Shown here piece after piece: positions 1-12,101 of a stretch of DNA of 64,000 bases. The position numbers were made by a program, and so were the translations under genes. The stretch lies in assembly GCA_009103225.1 (NCBI GenBank), contig RHPI01000810.1, forward strand, positions 186,001 through 250,000, in the 5' to 3' direction. The notes below the pieces were generated by a model, which did not search any database, had not been told where the DNA came from, and was given only the letters and a program-made list of their open reading frames with translations. The number at the start of each line of letters is the position of its first letter. Positions within the stretch are counted from its first letter, which is position 1. The stretch is from Chlorokybus atmophyticus (lineage: Eukaryota > Plantae > Mesostigma and Chlorokybus algae).

Positions 1-105
1 TGATTTTATCTGTGCTATATACCATGGTCAACCATTGACGGCTGTATTAATTCATGCTGCTCTCGCTTAGCAGATGTTAGGATAGTGATACAGCATGCAT
101 TGCAG

Positions 106-1778
106 GTCTACGCACCAATTGAAAGCGTGGAGGATGCATTTCACAGGACGTTGTATTTGTTTTGCTGCCGCAACGGACCATGCCTACTGCAAAGCGGAAG
201 GTGGATGTGACATAGTTGGCTTACAAATGAAGCTGTCGCTGTTCCCCTCAGGACTAAGTCCGCTCTGTGTTCAGCTGTAGAGTCTTTCGCGGTCAGCTCC
301 CCAGAGCCAACACTTACTACTCATTTCAACCAGCTCCCACGAAAGGCCAATTTGATGAGAGCAAGTATCTCAGCCAAGGTACGCTCATTTATGTGCATGC
401 TTCCTCATGGCAAGTACCCGATCAACGCAATGCTTCCACAAACAGAGGCCATTCTGTGCGACTGGTGTGGGACATGGAGAGCAGACAAGCGCTGCTCTGG
501 TTGCCGTGAATTCGTCTACTGCTCTCGCGATCACCAGGTGCGCATTGGACATAGGCAGGGCCTGTTTGCTTGTGTTTTGATGAGTAACCCTTATATCAGA
601 ACTGAGCTGCATGCCAACTGACTCGGCTCTTTCCGCCAGGTAGAGCACTGGCGCGCCGGTCACTCCAAGCAGTGCAAGCGAGTTGACAAGCCAACTGGTT
701 CCTCACAGGAAGCGCCAACCACCTCTGAGGCTGTACAATCCATATCTGCCCAACTGCAAGGCAGCCAGCTTAGTGACAGGTCTGCCGATCAGCCGGAAGC
801 CATCGAGTCTAGCGGACCTGTAACCAGTGCAGTTGCGGAGCCTCCAGTGCTGGGAGCAAACCGAAGGAAGGCTTTAAGTGGGCATCTTTGGATGGAGCAA
901 GAGCTTGTGGTGGAGGCTGAGAGTGATTGCGACACTAGTACGGTTGCTGTGCATTACTGTGCAAACGCCAGTTGCTTTAAAAATACTTTCTGAGTACAGC
1001 GCATTGCTGTAGGTGCTGCGGATGCAATCAAGTTGGTGCAAGAGTACCAACAACGGGTCAGGAGTGAGGGCTCCGTTCCAGCGTCAGAAATAAGTGGTTA
1101 TGTTGAGGTGTTGTTCGTTCTCTTCTGCTGTGGTTGGTTTATCACTGCAAAGCGCTGCAGCATGTCCATCCAGCTGTCGCTCAGTGATGCTAATCGCAGG
1201 AAGCAACAGGCGACCTGAAACATTGGGCAAACGTCCAAGCCATCTTTGCAAAAGCTCCTGATCAAGTGCTAAGGTGACGGCAGGAAGTACTAGGCATGCG
1301 TTTATGTTACAAAGCCTCACTTGTAGCAGAATTGCATGCGTCAGCTGACCGTCAATGCACCTGCCAGCAGGCATACAGCAGGCACCTTACTCTTGGGATC
1401 TGTGGCAGGTATTCTCGCTCTCCAAGCCATATGCCGATCTGGCTCCGCACTGATCACCAGCCGCCAGCATCTCTACCGAAGTGTGCAGCATGTGGTGGTC
1501 GTAGACTTTTTGAGTTTCAGGTACTCAATCAACCGGTCTAGTTGGTTTTATGGTGAGGATGGTGTTGTCACAACTCTGATGTCAGTTGACCACGCTGGCA
1601 GGTGCTGCCCCAGCTTCTTTACTATCTCGGCATTGACAACAGTGATACAGCTGTCATTGACTTTGGCACGGTAGCTGTATACACATGCGAAGCAAGCTGC
1701 ACAGTTACTACAGCGTTCATGGCAGCTGACAGTGTTGCATATACCGAGGAGTACGTTTGGGTGCAACCGCCAACGTAG
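106..1778 (+). CDS. PDCD2: Programmed cell death protein 2 (zf-MYND + PDCD2_C), spliced, 5' end outside the window
   Basis: Exons joined at GT-AG sites give [36 protein letters not shown], the MYND finger [34 protein letters not shown], and C-terminal [45 protein letters not shown]. Stop TAG at 1776-1778. Confidence 0.9.
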
Positions 1779-2116
1779 AGAGGGTAGTTGTCCTGCGTCG
1801 TTGCGCTTCATCCAGGCTCGAGAGCTGCTTGAATTGACAATGTATTTGCGCCCTGGCAGCAGTGGTATAGCTAAAGCTTCTCAAGCTCATGAGCGTTGTT
1901 CATTGTGAGCTTTGCATACAACTGCCAGCATCGACACAGTGATCCTGCGCAATGCTGACGTTGGCACTGCACGGGGAGGGTTAGGGTAGCGGGAAACGAC
2001 GCATCATGTGGGCTGACCGGCAGAGATGGTGGCGGGGGAGAAAGAGAGCTGGAGGGAGTGAGTCGCCGCACTTGCCACAGCAGCCCATGTGGGCAGATAT
2101 TGGATGTTCAGATGTG

Positions 2117-2397
2117 TGCATGCACGTCTAATGGGGTAGGTGAGACTCAGTACCAGTAGTGTAGTGTGGTAGTGAAGAATGTAGTGTACACTGCAAGGTA
2201 TTGCATGGTCACATGTGTACAAAAGATGCAAGGCGGGTTTCATGCATGCCAGGTACACCGCATTCATTACACACATGCCGTCAGTGCATCACCACCAACA
2301 CATTTTAACATACAACACCACCGGGCTACATGCTAACCTACTGCTAGCCACTAAATTTGACACTAACTATTCACCTACCCCGCTAGACATGCATGCA
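2117..2397. mobile_element. MITE-like/fold-back element defined by 27-bp inverted repeats
   Basis: 2117-2143 TGCATGCACGTCTAATGGGGTAGGTGA matches the reverse complement of 2371-2397 at 24/27 positions. No clear target-site duplication. Confidence 0.5.
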
Positions 2398-2584
2398 TGG
2401 TAAGTCACAAGTTATTACTCCCTCTCCCACTCTCCCATTCTTCCTTCACCCACACCCTCCCTGTTGTCGACCCCCTGCAGTCGGCCTTGCTGTAACCTTG
2501 CAGGGCCCCTCTACCCGCCCCTCTGCCCGGCCCCTGCGCCCTGCCACTTGGGTAGTTTTGCTGCTCAATTAGCAGCTGCTGTCA

Positions 2585-2624
2585 GTGTCCATGCCGCTAG
2601 TTAGCTAATTAGCGGCATGGACAC
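2585..2624. repeat. 40-bp near-perfect palindrome
   Basis: GTGTCCATGCCGCTAGTTAGCTAATTAGCGGCATGGACAC, with one mismatched (G-T) pair. Confidence 0.95.
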
Positions 2625-3206
2625 CTATAGGTGCTGCTGGTGGGGTTGGGTGGTGGGGTTGGATGTGCAAACCTTGTGATTGTGTGCTGGCAGTGTACAG
2701 GATAAGCGAAATGTCATATATGTGTTGATGTGCTGAGAGTGACTAACAAATGATGTGGCATACGACTGCATGTGATATTTAGGCAAAACGACAGCATATA
2801 CCTTTTATATACATTGTGTGCATTGCATTGTGCATGTGGCAACAATCCACTTGCTTCTTATCATGCATGTGATGTACGTTTCAGCGCGTGCAAGTTACTT
2901 GACCCTCTGATACTCGCAAGGAAGCAAGCAAGAGCTCCTCTTGAAATTGTTTTCGTAAACTGGCAATTTCAACTTACTTTAACTTTCCCATTTTTTCCAT
3001 CGTGTAATCATTGAAAAGCAACATGGACTATTTTTATTGATGTCTGCTAGCTATAGGCTGCGAAATGACACGTATGATGCACGCAGCAAATCTCACGTCA
3101 CTCTGATAATTTGTACATGCCGTACACTCATTGCTAATGATAATGTAAAGAGTAAAGTGCCCAATGGGTCATGCTCAATATACATTATCTTAAATCAAGC
3201 GCACTC

Positions 3207-3411
3207 GAGCTATACGTGGCATAAAGCCATGCAATAAACTCCGGCAGCTTTTCTTGCTAACATTAACTTCTACCAAATGGCAGCAATTTGGTTGAACCGT
3301 GTTGCTTCTGAGCTATACGTGTCATAAAGCCATGCAATAAATTCCGGCAGCTTTTCTTGTTGATATTAGCTTTTACCAGATGGCAACAACTTGGTTGAAC
3401 CGCGTTGCTTT
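3207..3411 (+). repeat. Diverged tandem duplication, 103-bp period
   Basis: GAGCTATACGTG.CATAAAGCCATGCAATAAA.TCCGGCAGCTTTTCTTG..GGTTGAACCG.GTTGCTT begins at 3207 and again at 3310. Confidence 0.95.
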
Positions 3412-3519
3412 CGCGGCCGTTGTTGCCAGCAATACCACATGCCACATGTGTGCGTGGCACACAGCTGTGTGACCGCCATAGCACAGCCGACACAGGGCGA
3501 GAAGGGTGTGAGAGAGTTC

Positions 3520-3715
3520 GGGGAGGCGGAGGGAAGGCGGAGAAAGAGTGGAGGGGGAGTCCATGCTGTGTGCCTACTATGCTTGGCGCTACAAGGAAAA
3601 ACTGTTTATACCTTGGCGTGTTGCACGTAAACATGCACTGCATGTTGACTGCCATGTCTAGCAGGGTGGGTAGTAGTATAGAGTGTGCGCTAGATACTGA
3701 TAGTACCCGGTGCAG
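3520..3715 (+). repeat. Copy of the same dispersed repeat family
   Basis: A purine tract similar to 2030-2065, then CATGTCTAGCAGGGTGGGT (3653) and GTACCCGGTG (3703). Confidence 0.45.
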
Positions 3716-3899
3716 GCATGCAATCACATGGGTATGCTCATTTGCTTGATGAGATATGTGCATGATGCAACGTGACCATGCAGTACCTTGCATGTGCATA
3801 AACTAGCGGTTAATGTACACACATATGTCCTGCACTCGTAGTTAAAGTTGTTGTCTTTGTGATGGGCTTGTGGTGTGATTACGCTTACTTGTTTGATTT

Positions 3900-6000
3900 T
3901 GCGTGGCCCTGGCCCTAGCCCCTTTGTCCTACCATATGCACCTTACAAAGTAGCTGGCATGCTTACGCGTGGCGGCAACACATATTACTATTCGTGCATA
4001 TCCTATGTGAGCAAAATCGGCATCAACTAGAATGATAAACATATTACTATTGTCTTCGAAATTAAAGGCAATCTTGTCATAGAAATAGCTACCGTAGTGC
4101 TCCGAATTGTTTGTAATGAGCGCCGGAGAAATATATAGGTTGTTTTTCGTTAAACCCCGCAAAACTATTCAACTGTATTGTATCTGCAGTGCATTGAGCT
4201 GCATAGTTGCTGCCGTCGAGCAGGGGGGGTTTTATTCGTAAAGTGCCCTTGCATAACTATTTACTTATTGAACAATTCGTGGCACTATGGTACTGCGCTG
4301 ACAATGCTGCCATCAGACACATTAATTAGCGCAAACTTTGCAAATCTGATGCCCAAATCTTGTTCAACAGCCCCACACACCCAGCGTCGGCACCTTGCAA
4401 GGTGCTTCTAAATCTGGTATTGGAGACATTAACACTGTTGTTAATTGTGGGCCTTCTTGTGCGGATAGCGACAACCACCCAACCCTGCTTGTGATAATCA
4501 AAGACTTGTTACACAGCAACAAGTCTTTGATCCTGCGAAAGTGCAAGGTATTCTGAAACGCATCATTCCACATGGTTGTCGCCAGCGCACTCCCGCTGAT
4601 AGTACTCTGAAGGCTAGAGGCTAGTAGCATGCTGCACAGTGATGTGGACATGCCGCATGTCCTGTTGTGACAACAACAATGGGCAGACATACATCTGCAG
4701 TGTGGCACGGGGACAATTGAGATCGCTTGAAAGGACTTAATTGCAATGGCACTTCGCACTGCGCTGGCAGCAGCACAACTCCACCTTCTTCCAAGCTGTT
4801 GGGACGGCCATTTTTGACAACCCCGGTTAGAGTTCATATTTCATCTTGACGAACACAAGGATTGACTGCGACCAGTTGCTCTGCCACTTCGTGCTAAACA
4901 ACATCAATGTTGCCAAATATAGGAGCTAAGTGATCATGCTTGTGCCGTCACATCTTATTATCGAATTGAGCAAACTTGTTCATCTCATGTTGCACAAAGA
5001 TAAAATCTGTGCAGATGCTCCATATGTAGCCTGATCACCTTAAGCAGTGGATGTTGCAACACGCACAGCCCATTTCTAATGTTCCAAAAAGAGATGCCTA
5101 TGTTAAAGTCTGCCGATGTTTGAAAGCGCAGCAGCTGGCCATCCTAACGCAAATTTGAGCGTTCCACTATACGCCTGATTATAGGACGGGCAAACCACCT
5201 GTAGGAATTGCCATTGAGGTTCAACACATGCATGTGGCACACGTATTCTTGATCAGCAGCTTGAAGTAAGCTCCGCCGTAAAAGTAGGGAGACAATGCGC
5301 GTGCCACACCAACACACTTATTGAGGCTGAACCTTGCAATGTCATTATCTGAGTAGGCCTTCAGCAAAAAGCAAGACTCGAGCATGTTGTGTTTGTCATG
5401 ATGCTGAATCTCATCTGGCGGCCATGACTTTGCGCTGTTGTACATAGAGTGCCAGCTGGACCGGCGAGCAGGATGCGCAGACTTGCATCTCACATATTCA
5501 GGAAACTCAAAATGACAAAGTGCTTGCCATACGCTGTTTTTTGGGCAAGTTTTAGCCCATCCCCTGCCAACATACAATTGGTGTGAGTTTCATGCCAGCA
5601 AGCATGCAAGGTAACGACTACATGCCGTTACAATTAAAGTTATTGACAATTGTTTCAATGGCACATCTGCTAACCGTATGGACATGACAGTATCCTGGCA
5701 GTAAGCTTGCAACCATGCAACCAGCTGACATATTACAGTGTTAAACGCAGCTGGGCACATTCAAGAGGATGCAAACTGCTTTGAATTCACAAGTTGCAAA
5801 TCGGTTGGTAATTGTTATGTAATGTTGGCATAGGTGTTGATGAGCTCAAGGTTGTACGGAAAACCTTCAAATGCTTGCGTGCAATGAGGTATGCCATTGC
5901 TAAGGGTAGTATCACCGCCATCATTTGGCAATTGAAGCATGCACTAGCAACCGGTACAACCTCTCGTAGTGTGCGTTCAATCATGACTATGCAAGCAGCT
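3900..6000 (-). pseudogene. Decayed intronless ORF remnants, weakly glycosyltransferase-like
   Basis: Stop- and frameshift-interrupted protein-like segments: RFSLNKCVGVARAL..FKLLIKNTCA, SADFNIGISFWNIRN, FIILVDADF. No usable splice pattern. Confidence 0.25.
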
Positions 6001-6699
6001 TACTTGCACACAGCTGCCATCATAGTGTCGCAAGCGCACCGGCCTTGACTGCAACGCGCACCAGGCAAACCACATCTAGCTCCGGCTGACGCTCATTTGT
6101 CCTCCTCTTACGCGGGCATGCTTTGTGCACCATTCCTCATCCAATCTCTTCGCAATGCTTCCTCAACGTCAGCCGACATCGCGCCTGTCCCGTGCCGCCT
6201 GCCTTAACCTTTGGACTGAACTCGTAGGTAAAAGCGCTGTCAGCAACGACCACCACAACATCATCAACGACAATAAGCCATGCCAACCATATACCACTGC
6301 AGCTTGTTGACGGTAACGTAGCATGGATTGAATTGGACTACACGACATGACAACGCTTACGCTACCACAACTCTCCATGTCTATAGGCAGGAGCATGAGC
6401 ATGACGTATGTGTTATGTGCATGCATGGCAATGCACTGGCTGAGTCTAGGTGTTGTTTATTGAGAAGGATAACATACAAGGCGGGGAACAACTGACTACT
6501 TGTGTAACATATATAGGATGGGGCATGTATGAGACATGTGGCTCCCCCTTTGTCCGCGACTTTTGCTATCATAGCTTAGTGGTTGAGGCGCCGATGTTAC
6601 AACTTGGGTACATGCCTTGTGTGCTTTACCACTGTGTGTACTGCAATCTAACGAGGAGCATTCCTTGCTAGCACAATTACTTGTAATAATGGAAGTGGT

Positions 6700-6870
6700 G
6701 ATGGTGAAGATGAATATATATATATATATATATATACATGTGTGTGGATGTAAAGAAACAATGGAAACAAACACATAAATAGATAAAAGATAATAAGTAT
6801 ATATATATACACATATACACATATATACATATCTACATATGCCCACTAGTATATATATAAGTCACTGTAA
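6700..6870. repeat. (TA)n microsatellite and AT-rich low-complexity tract
   Basis: ATATATATAT run near 6715-6737 followed by degenerate TATATAC repeats. Confidence 0.9.
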
Positions 6871-7811
6871 TGTATGTTTGAGAATATTAATGTTGCTATG
6901 TCTGTCTACCCGGCCGGCTCTACTTGTGCGAGTATATATAGTAGATAAGACGAGTGTGTAATTGTATGAGCGCTCCATGCCATGGAGGTACATCCCCTAC
7001 CCATAACCCATTATGGACGCTCGGTTACTAGCTTCAAATGATGCATTCTCGTAATCTGTCCATGCTTTAGCAAAGGCTGGCACCAACTTGTTGTTTGATG
7101 ATAGCACCAAAGTATCACAAGGATGCCTGTTCTTGCTGATGTTGCGCACGTCTTCAATTACAAACACAGAAGGTAATGTTATGCGCTAGTGTACAGAATA
7201 TGCACGTGATGTATGTGACATCCAAACAGCCTCGAGATAATCTACAGCCTTGGAAGTGTTTGTCGAGTATGGCGTGAGGTCATGGTATGCGCGTATGCAC
7301 CACATGTATGTACCAGGTATGCATAAGGTATGATAATGAATGTGCTTAGCCTAACGATAACGAGCACTCACGCCGGCTGTTGCACTTGCACATTTGCAGG
7401 AAACCTATCGTGTGCGACATGTTCAATGGTCTTTTGCCAATAACAGCATTGGTATCATGCACAACGGGTGACATGCCAAGACAATGGCCTAGATATTGGA
7501 CCGCCAGAGTGCGACAAGGGCTGAGGTAAACACGGCGATGGTCGGTAGATGTATCCACTTTCAGGAAGCCATAGCGAGCATACTACAGTTTCACTCAGAT
7601 GTCAATTCGCCTGCAAGCTATACAGCATGCAAGGATGTATGACCGTGCACCCTGCAGCTTCAAGCGAAAGATCGTGCGAGACACAGCAGGGTCTGCAAAC
7701 ACCACAACTCTCACAATGCCTACCAACTACATACTTACAACACAACACTACTGACCGCCACAACCGCGAAGTCACCAACTGCTGTGTAACGATGGGGGTC
7801 GTGTACAGGGT

Positions 7812-10800
7812 TTACATGGAGTCTTGCGTATACCGTGGATACGCCTTGCTGGACCTTGGCGAGAGTGGTTTTGCACCCCGTGGTGTCCGCACAACAGGTA
7901 TCTGCTCAATGTCCCACAAGCCAAAGCACAGCTTAGTTCAGAAGCTTAGTGAAGAGCATGCCAAGGTAGAAGCATCACAAGAACTACCTGATATTGTTGC
8001 GGTGAATGCGACTCCACAGGAGATTCTTCTTCTCGAAGATTTGTCCAGCGCATTATGCTTCCAAGCTTAATCACATGTGGTGTCAGCCTGAACACCAAGG
8101 GAGTGGACACCTGGCGTACACAGTAGGTGATCAGCAAGAATGGTAGCAGCATCCTCACACAGACGCAGCAAGAATGGTAGGCTTCATAAACTCACCAGGC
8201 TCAAAGCCGTCGTTCCAAGCAGCAGCAGATAGACATTGCGCTGCAAGCACCAAAGGTTCACGCACTGTCAGCATAGCAAAACCTGCAACCGCAATGTAAA
8301 CCCAGCAAGAGCAACGCAGCTCACCTGGACAAGACCTAGATTGGAAGCTCGACTGAGCAGCACGAACGCAAACTCCCCAACGTTCCCCATGTACATCCCA
8401 ACCTGCAGGTTGACAAAACACAAGCACAGACGCAATGAGACGTTGCCGCATTTCACCTTGTCTAGCGTAACAAACAAAACGAACACACAAAAGACCAGAG
8501 GACCAAACACAAGACCAGCGTACCGTCAATGAAGTGCGCATATTATACCCAAACAGCTTGACCACGAATGTGACAAGCAGTGCTTTGCACACCGTCAACA
8601 GCAGCACTGATGCCAACAATATATCGAGGTGGTCCCACAGGAAAGCCGGGTTCATGATCATGCCGATGCTCGACATGAACAAAGCGGCAAACAGGTTGCG
8701 GATAGGTTCCACCTGCATGCTCACATCAGCGAAACCTAAAGACTAGGCACAACAAAAGCAGCATGCCTGCGCCGAAACCACACTGACCTGGTGCAATGTG
8801 ACTTCGCTGTACTCGGTGCTTGAAACCATGACTCCAGCCACAAATGAGCCCAACTCTATACTCAGACCGCAATAGTCACTCGTCTGAACACGCACCACCA
8901 CGCACACGTGCAGAGTCAGCAATGTAAATATATGCTTGAATAGCTTGGACAGATATTGTAGTGTTCTGTGAAGACGCCATAAAACAACAGACAGGAACTC
9001 ACCCTGGCAACCACCAGGCAGAATGCTAAAGCACCCAACTGGTACAGCTCCCAACTCTGCAAAACAAGGCTTTGTTAGACAACCGCCTACTGCGCTGTGA
9101 CCAACAGTCCACCTACCATGCTGTCTGTCTTAACAAGCATACCTGCCCGCTGAGGCCTGTGAGCATGCGAAAAAAGCGGGGAACAAGCGAGCGGGACAGG
9201 ACCCATGCCAGTAGCATAAATGCAGCCATTGTCGTAATTCTGAACAGCAGTGAACAGTGCATCAGCATCGTGCTGTGTTGGAGGGGATGCGTACACAGCT
9301 GCTCCAACATACAACGCACTCTCGCATGATGCGAAAAGCTCCATCCGCTATTGTACCACTGCCTCCAAGCACAGGCAGAAGTGCAAATAGAAGGCCAACC
9401 ATTACGTCCTGTGCAGTCAAAGTATGGTAAGTGAGCGATCCATGACATTGAAGGATTAGTTCATAGCCAGTACCTGCAGCACCAGCGTTCCAACAGTGAT
9501 TTGAGCCTGCAGCGAGTTCATTACTCCCCTGTCCATTAAGCATTTCAACACCTGCATCAAAACGGGTGTTAGTAAACGACACGCACTGACCTTGACGAGT
9601 AAGTGAAATTGACCACACCCTGGACCAGTACCAAGGGTACACTGCACAAACTTACCACAGCAGTGGAGGACATGGATAAGAATGCACCTACAAACACGCC
9701 CTGAGCTGCAACTGCGCCAGATAGCTGTACAGCAAGGGCAATAGAGATTGTTGACATGACACATTGACTGAGTTCCTGCCTCAAGCAACAAGTCGTGCTC
9801 ACCTGGGCGAGGACGCCGCAAAAGCACATGAACAGCAAGACCTGCAGTGCCCCTCCAACAATGGCAACAGCGCGAACATGGCGCAACTGCAGACAAGATG
9901 AAGGCAACCGTCAGACATCAGCTGAGGCATCCTTTACTGCGTGCAACGAATGGTTACCTTTGCAATGGAAAACTCCATGCCAAGACAGAACAGTAGAAAC
10001 ATGACTCCAAATTGCGCCAGCGTCTCGATCTGTCATGCACAAGAGAAGGGCTGCTTCAATGACACAAGAACACACTGTCCTGACCATGCTGCTATTGGTA
10101 AGCCTTGCTAGACACCGGTATAGGCATGTATGACAAGCAGGCGCTTAAGAAAGCGCTACTTCCCCGCTTGCCCCCCTTTAACGCACCTGCACTAGCTCCT
10201 TGATGATGCCAAACCCTCCAGGACCAATCAGAGAGCCAGCCAACAAGTAACCGCTGATCACCTGGTACAGGCCAACGCTGAACACATGCGATGTAAGCTG
10301 GCAACCTCCAGGTCAAGGCACGGACAGCATGCGGTACTTTACCGGCTGGCCAACCAAGCCAAATCCCATGCCGGCAACGCTGGCAGTAGTGACCATCCAG
10401 ATGAAGTCCTTTATCAAACTGCACCAAAAGTGGTTATTACACATTGCAATATCAAAAGGGTATGATGATACAACAACACCATGAGCAACAGTATCCATAA
10501 GCCAAGATGCCGCTGACTTCCCGTTACTTGCCCATGCGTTGGATGGTTTTTCAGCTGTCAAAAAGTTACCAATCTACCTTGTGGTTGTTTTTACGTGACC
10601 AACTGACCGACCCCAGAACACTCATGGACTCACTGCCGACCACAACCACAGGATATATGCAGTATCGTAGTGTTTGCAAAACTTACTCCCAATCTTCCTG
10701 CAACTCCATGGCAGCATTCTTGGGGTTGGAAATAACAAACTCATTGTCCTGTCAGCAGCGACTGTAAGTTGTGCTAGCATTCAACAACGCGCATGCAGTT

Positions 10801-12101
10801 CAACCGGTAACAACGATGTCTGAGCCAACCCGCCTGCAGTAATGCAGGACCCACAATGTTGTTACAAGACATGTGGAACGCACCTGGGCGTCTATCAAAC
10901 GCGCAACATCCTTTGAATCTTCATCTTTGTCCTTTGACGACAAGTCAATGCCAAGAAATTTCTGCCTGCACACACCAGTATGAGTGTGCGTCACACGTCT
11001 GTACATGCCTGAATGCAATGCAGGGCATGAACAACACGAACTCGAGTTCGGCATAACGTACCCATCCTGGCTGCTGCTGTCGGTTGTGTTTTTCTTGTCA
11101 TGGGTGTGGACCCTTGCAACAGTCTCCAGCGACGCCTGAGCCAGACTCATGAGTGTTGCGGGTTTGAGTAGGCAATGGACAACAGTCAGAAGTCTAGCTG
11201 CACTGAACAGTTATGGTATTACTGCAAGTAGTACCTCATCGTGTGAGATACTGTCGTTGAAACGATGATTCTGTCCTCCCTCCACTGCAGGGATCCCATC
11301 AAATTAAAAGCTGCTGAGACGTCAGTGTGTGCAAAGGTGGCAACTGCAAGCGGCAAAGCCTTACGAGTCTCGTCCTTCTCAAACTCTCTTTCCAGGGCTT
11401 CATCGATGATTTCAGCCAGAGTGAGTGACATGACCTCTTGTGGACCGGGAGCTGGTGCCCCTTGCTCTTCCTGACATTGCTTTCAGCAACACGCATGCCA
11501 GAAATGCGATGCATACAGGACAGCTGCAAACCTGAGCCATGCTAGCTTCCAACGCCGCTATCATCTCCCGCATGCGCTGCCGAGCACGCTCTTTGGCTTC
11601 TTTGCTTTTGAGCCAGCGGCTAGACTGTGTCAGCCGCCTCTGTCCCGCAGGCAGGTTTCCAGCAATGCTGCCCTCCCCTACACTGTGCGTGTCCAGCATG
11701 CTGCGCCTGCGTCATTGCAGCCGTTCGCACTTTGCACTCACACCATGCAAGGACAGCAACAATGCTACTTGCTTTGCTTCAATGTATGGCATGCATGCCG
11801 ACAACAAGTAGCTTGGGTGCAAGAGCACACAGCCATGGGTGCTCAGTCTGCCCGCAAGCAGATCGTCCAGTTGACAACAGAACAATGCAAGTGTGAACGA
11901 GGAAGAATTGAGCACACCACAGCCATACTTGCTCGACAGCTGCTTGATAGTGGCAGCAGCGGCAGCGCCATTGCTGCTATTCCTATTTCTCACAGACTCG
12001 CCCCCAATCACGTTCACTAGAACGACAGCTGGCAACAGCGCAAGGCAAACTGCTGCTGCCAGCAAGGCAATCAGCAGCGCCTGTGGTACAACTCGTGTCA
12101 T
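7812..12101 (-). CDS. KEA: K+ efflux antiporter, CPA2 family, KEA4/5/6-like (endomembrane type), roughly 19 introns
   Basis: N-terminal signal-like MTRVVPQALLIALLAAAVCLALLP; EIIDEALEREF; SLETVARV; GYLLAGSLIGPGG; LRHVRAVAIVGGALQ; GVFVGAFLSMSSTAVV; QITVGTLVLQD; GLSIELGSFVAGVMVS; VEPIRNLFAALF; GEFAFVLLSRASNLG; VYLLLLGTTALSL. The last exon (stop at 7812) is inferred and less certain; an alternative stop lies at 7946. Confidence 0.9.

Noticed and set aside
3207-3411. CRISPR-like array
   Set aside because: Only two contiguous diverged copies, no spacers, no cas genes, and a eukaryotic context.
5200-5560. BED-finger/hAT transposase reading (VW-KHFV via frameshift; VCHMHVLNL resembling CxxH; TMWNDAF near 4570)
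   Set aside because: Motif spacing does not fit hAT transposases, the motifs lie in different frames, and there is no C-terminal dimerisation motif or TIR pair.
6190-6280. VVVVVADSAF as a DDE transposase motif
   Set aside because: Too short, inside low-complexity sequence, and no supporting motifs nearby.
7549-8070. 173-aa plus-strand ORF
   Set aside because: Antisense to the KEA 3' exons and UTR, with no recognisable motif.
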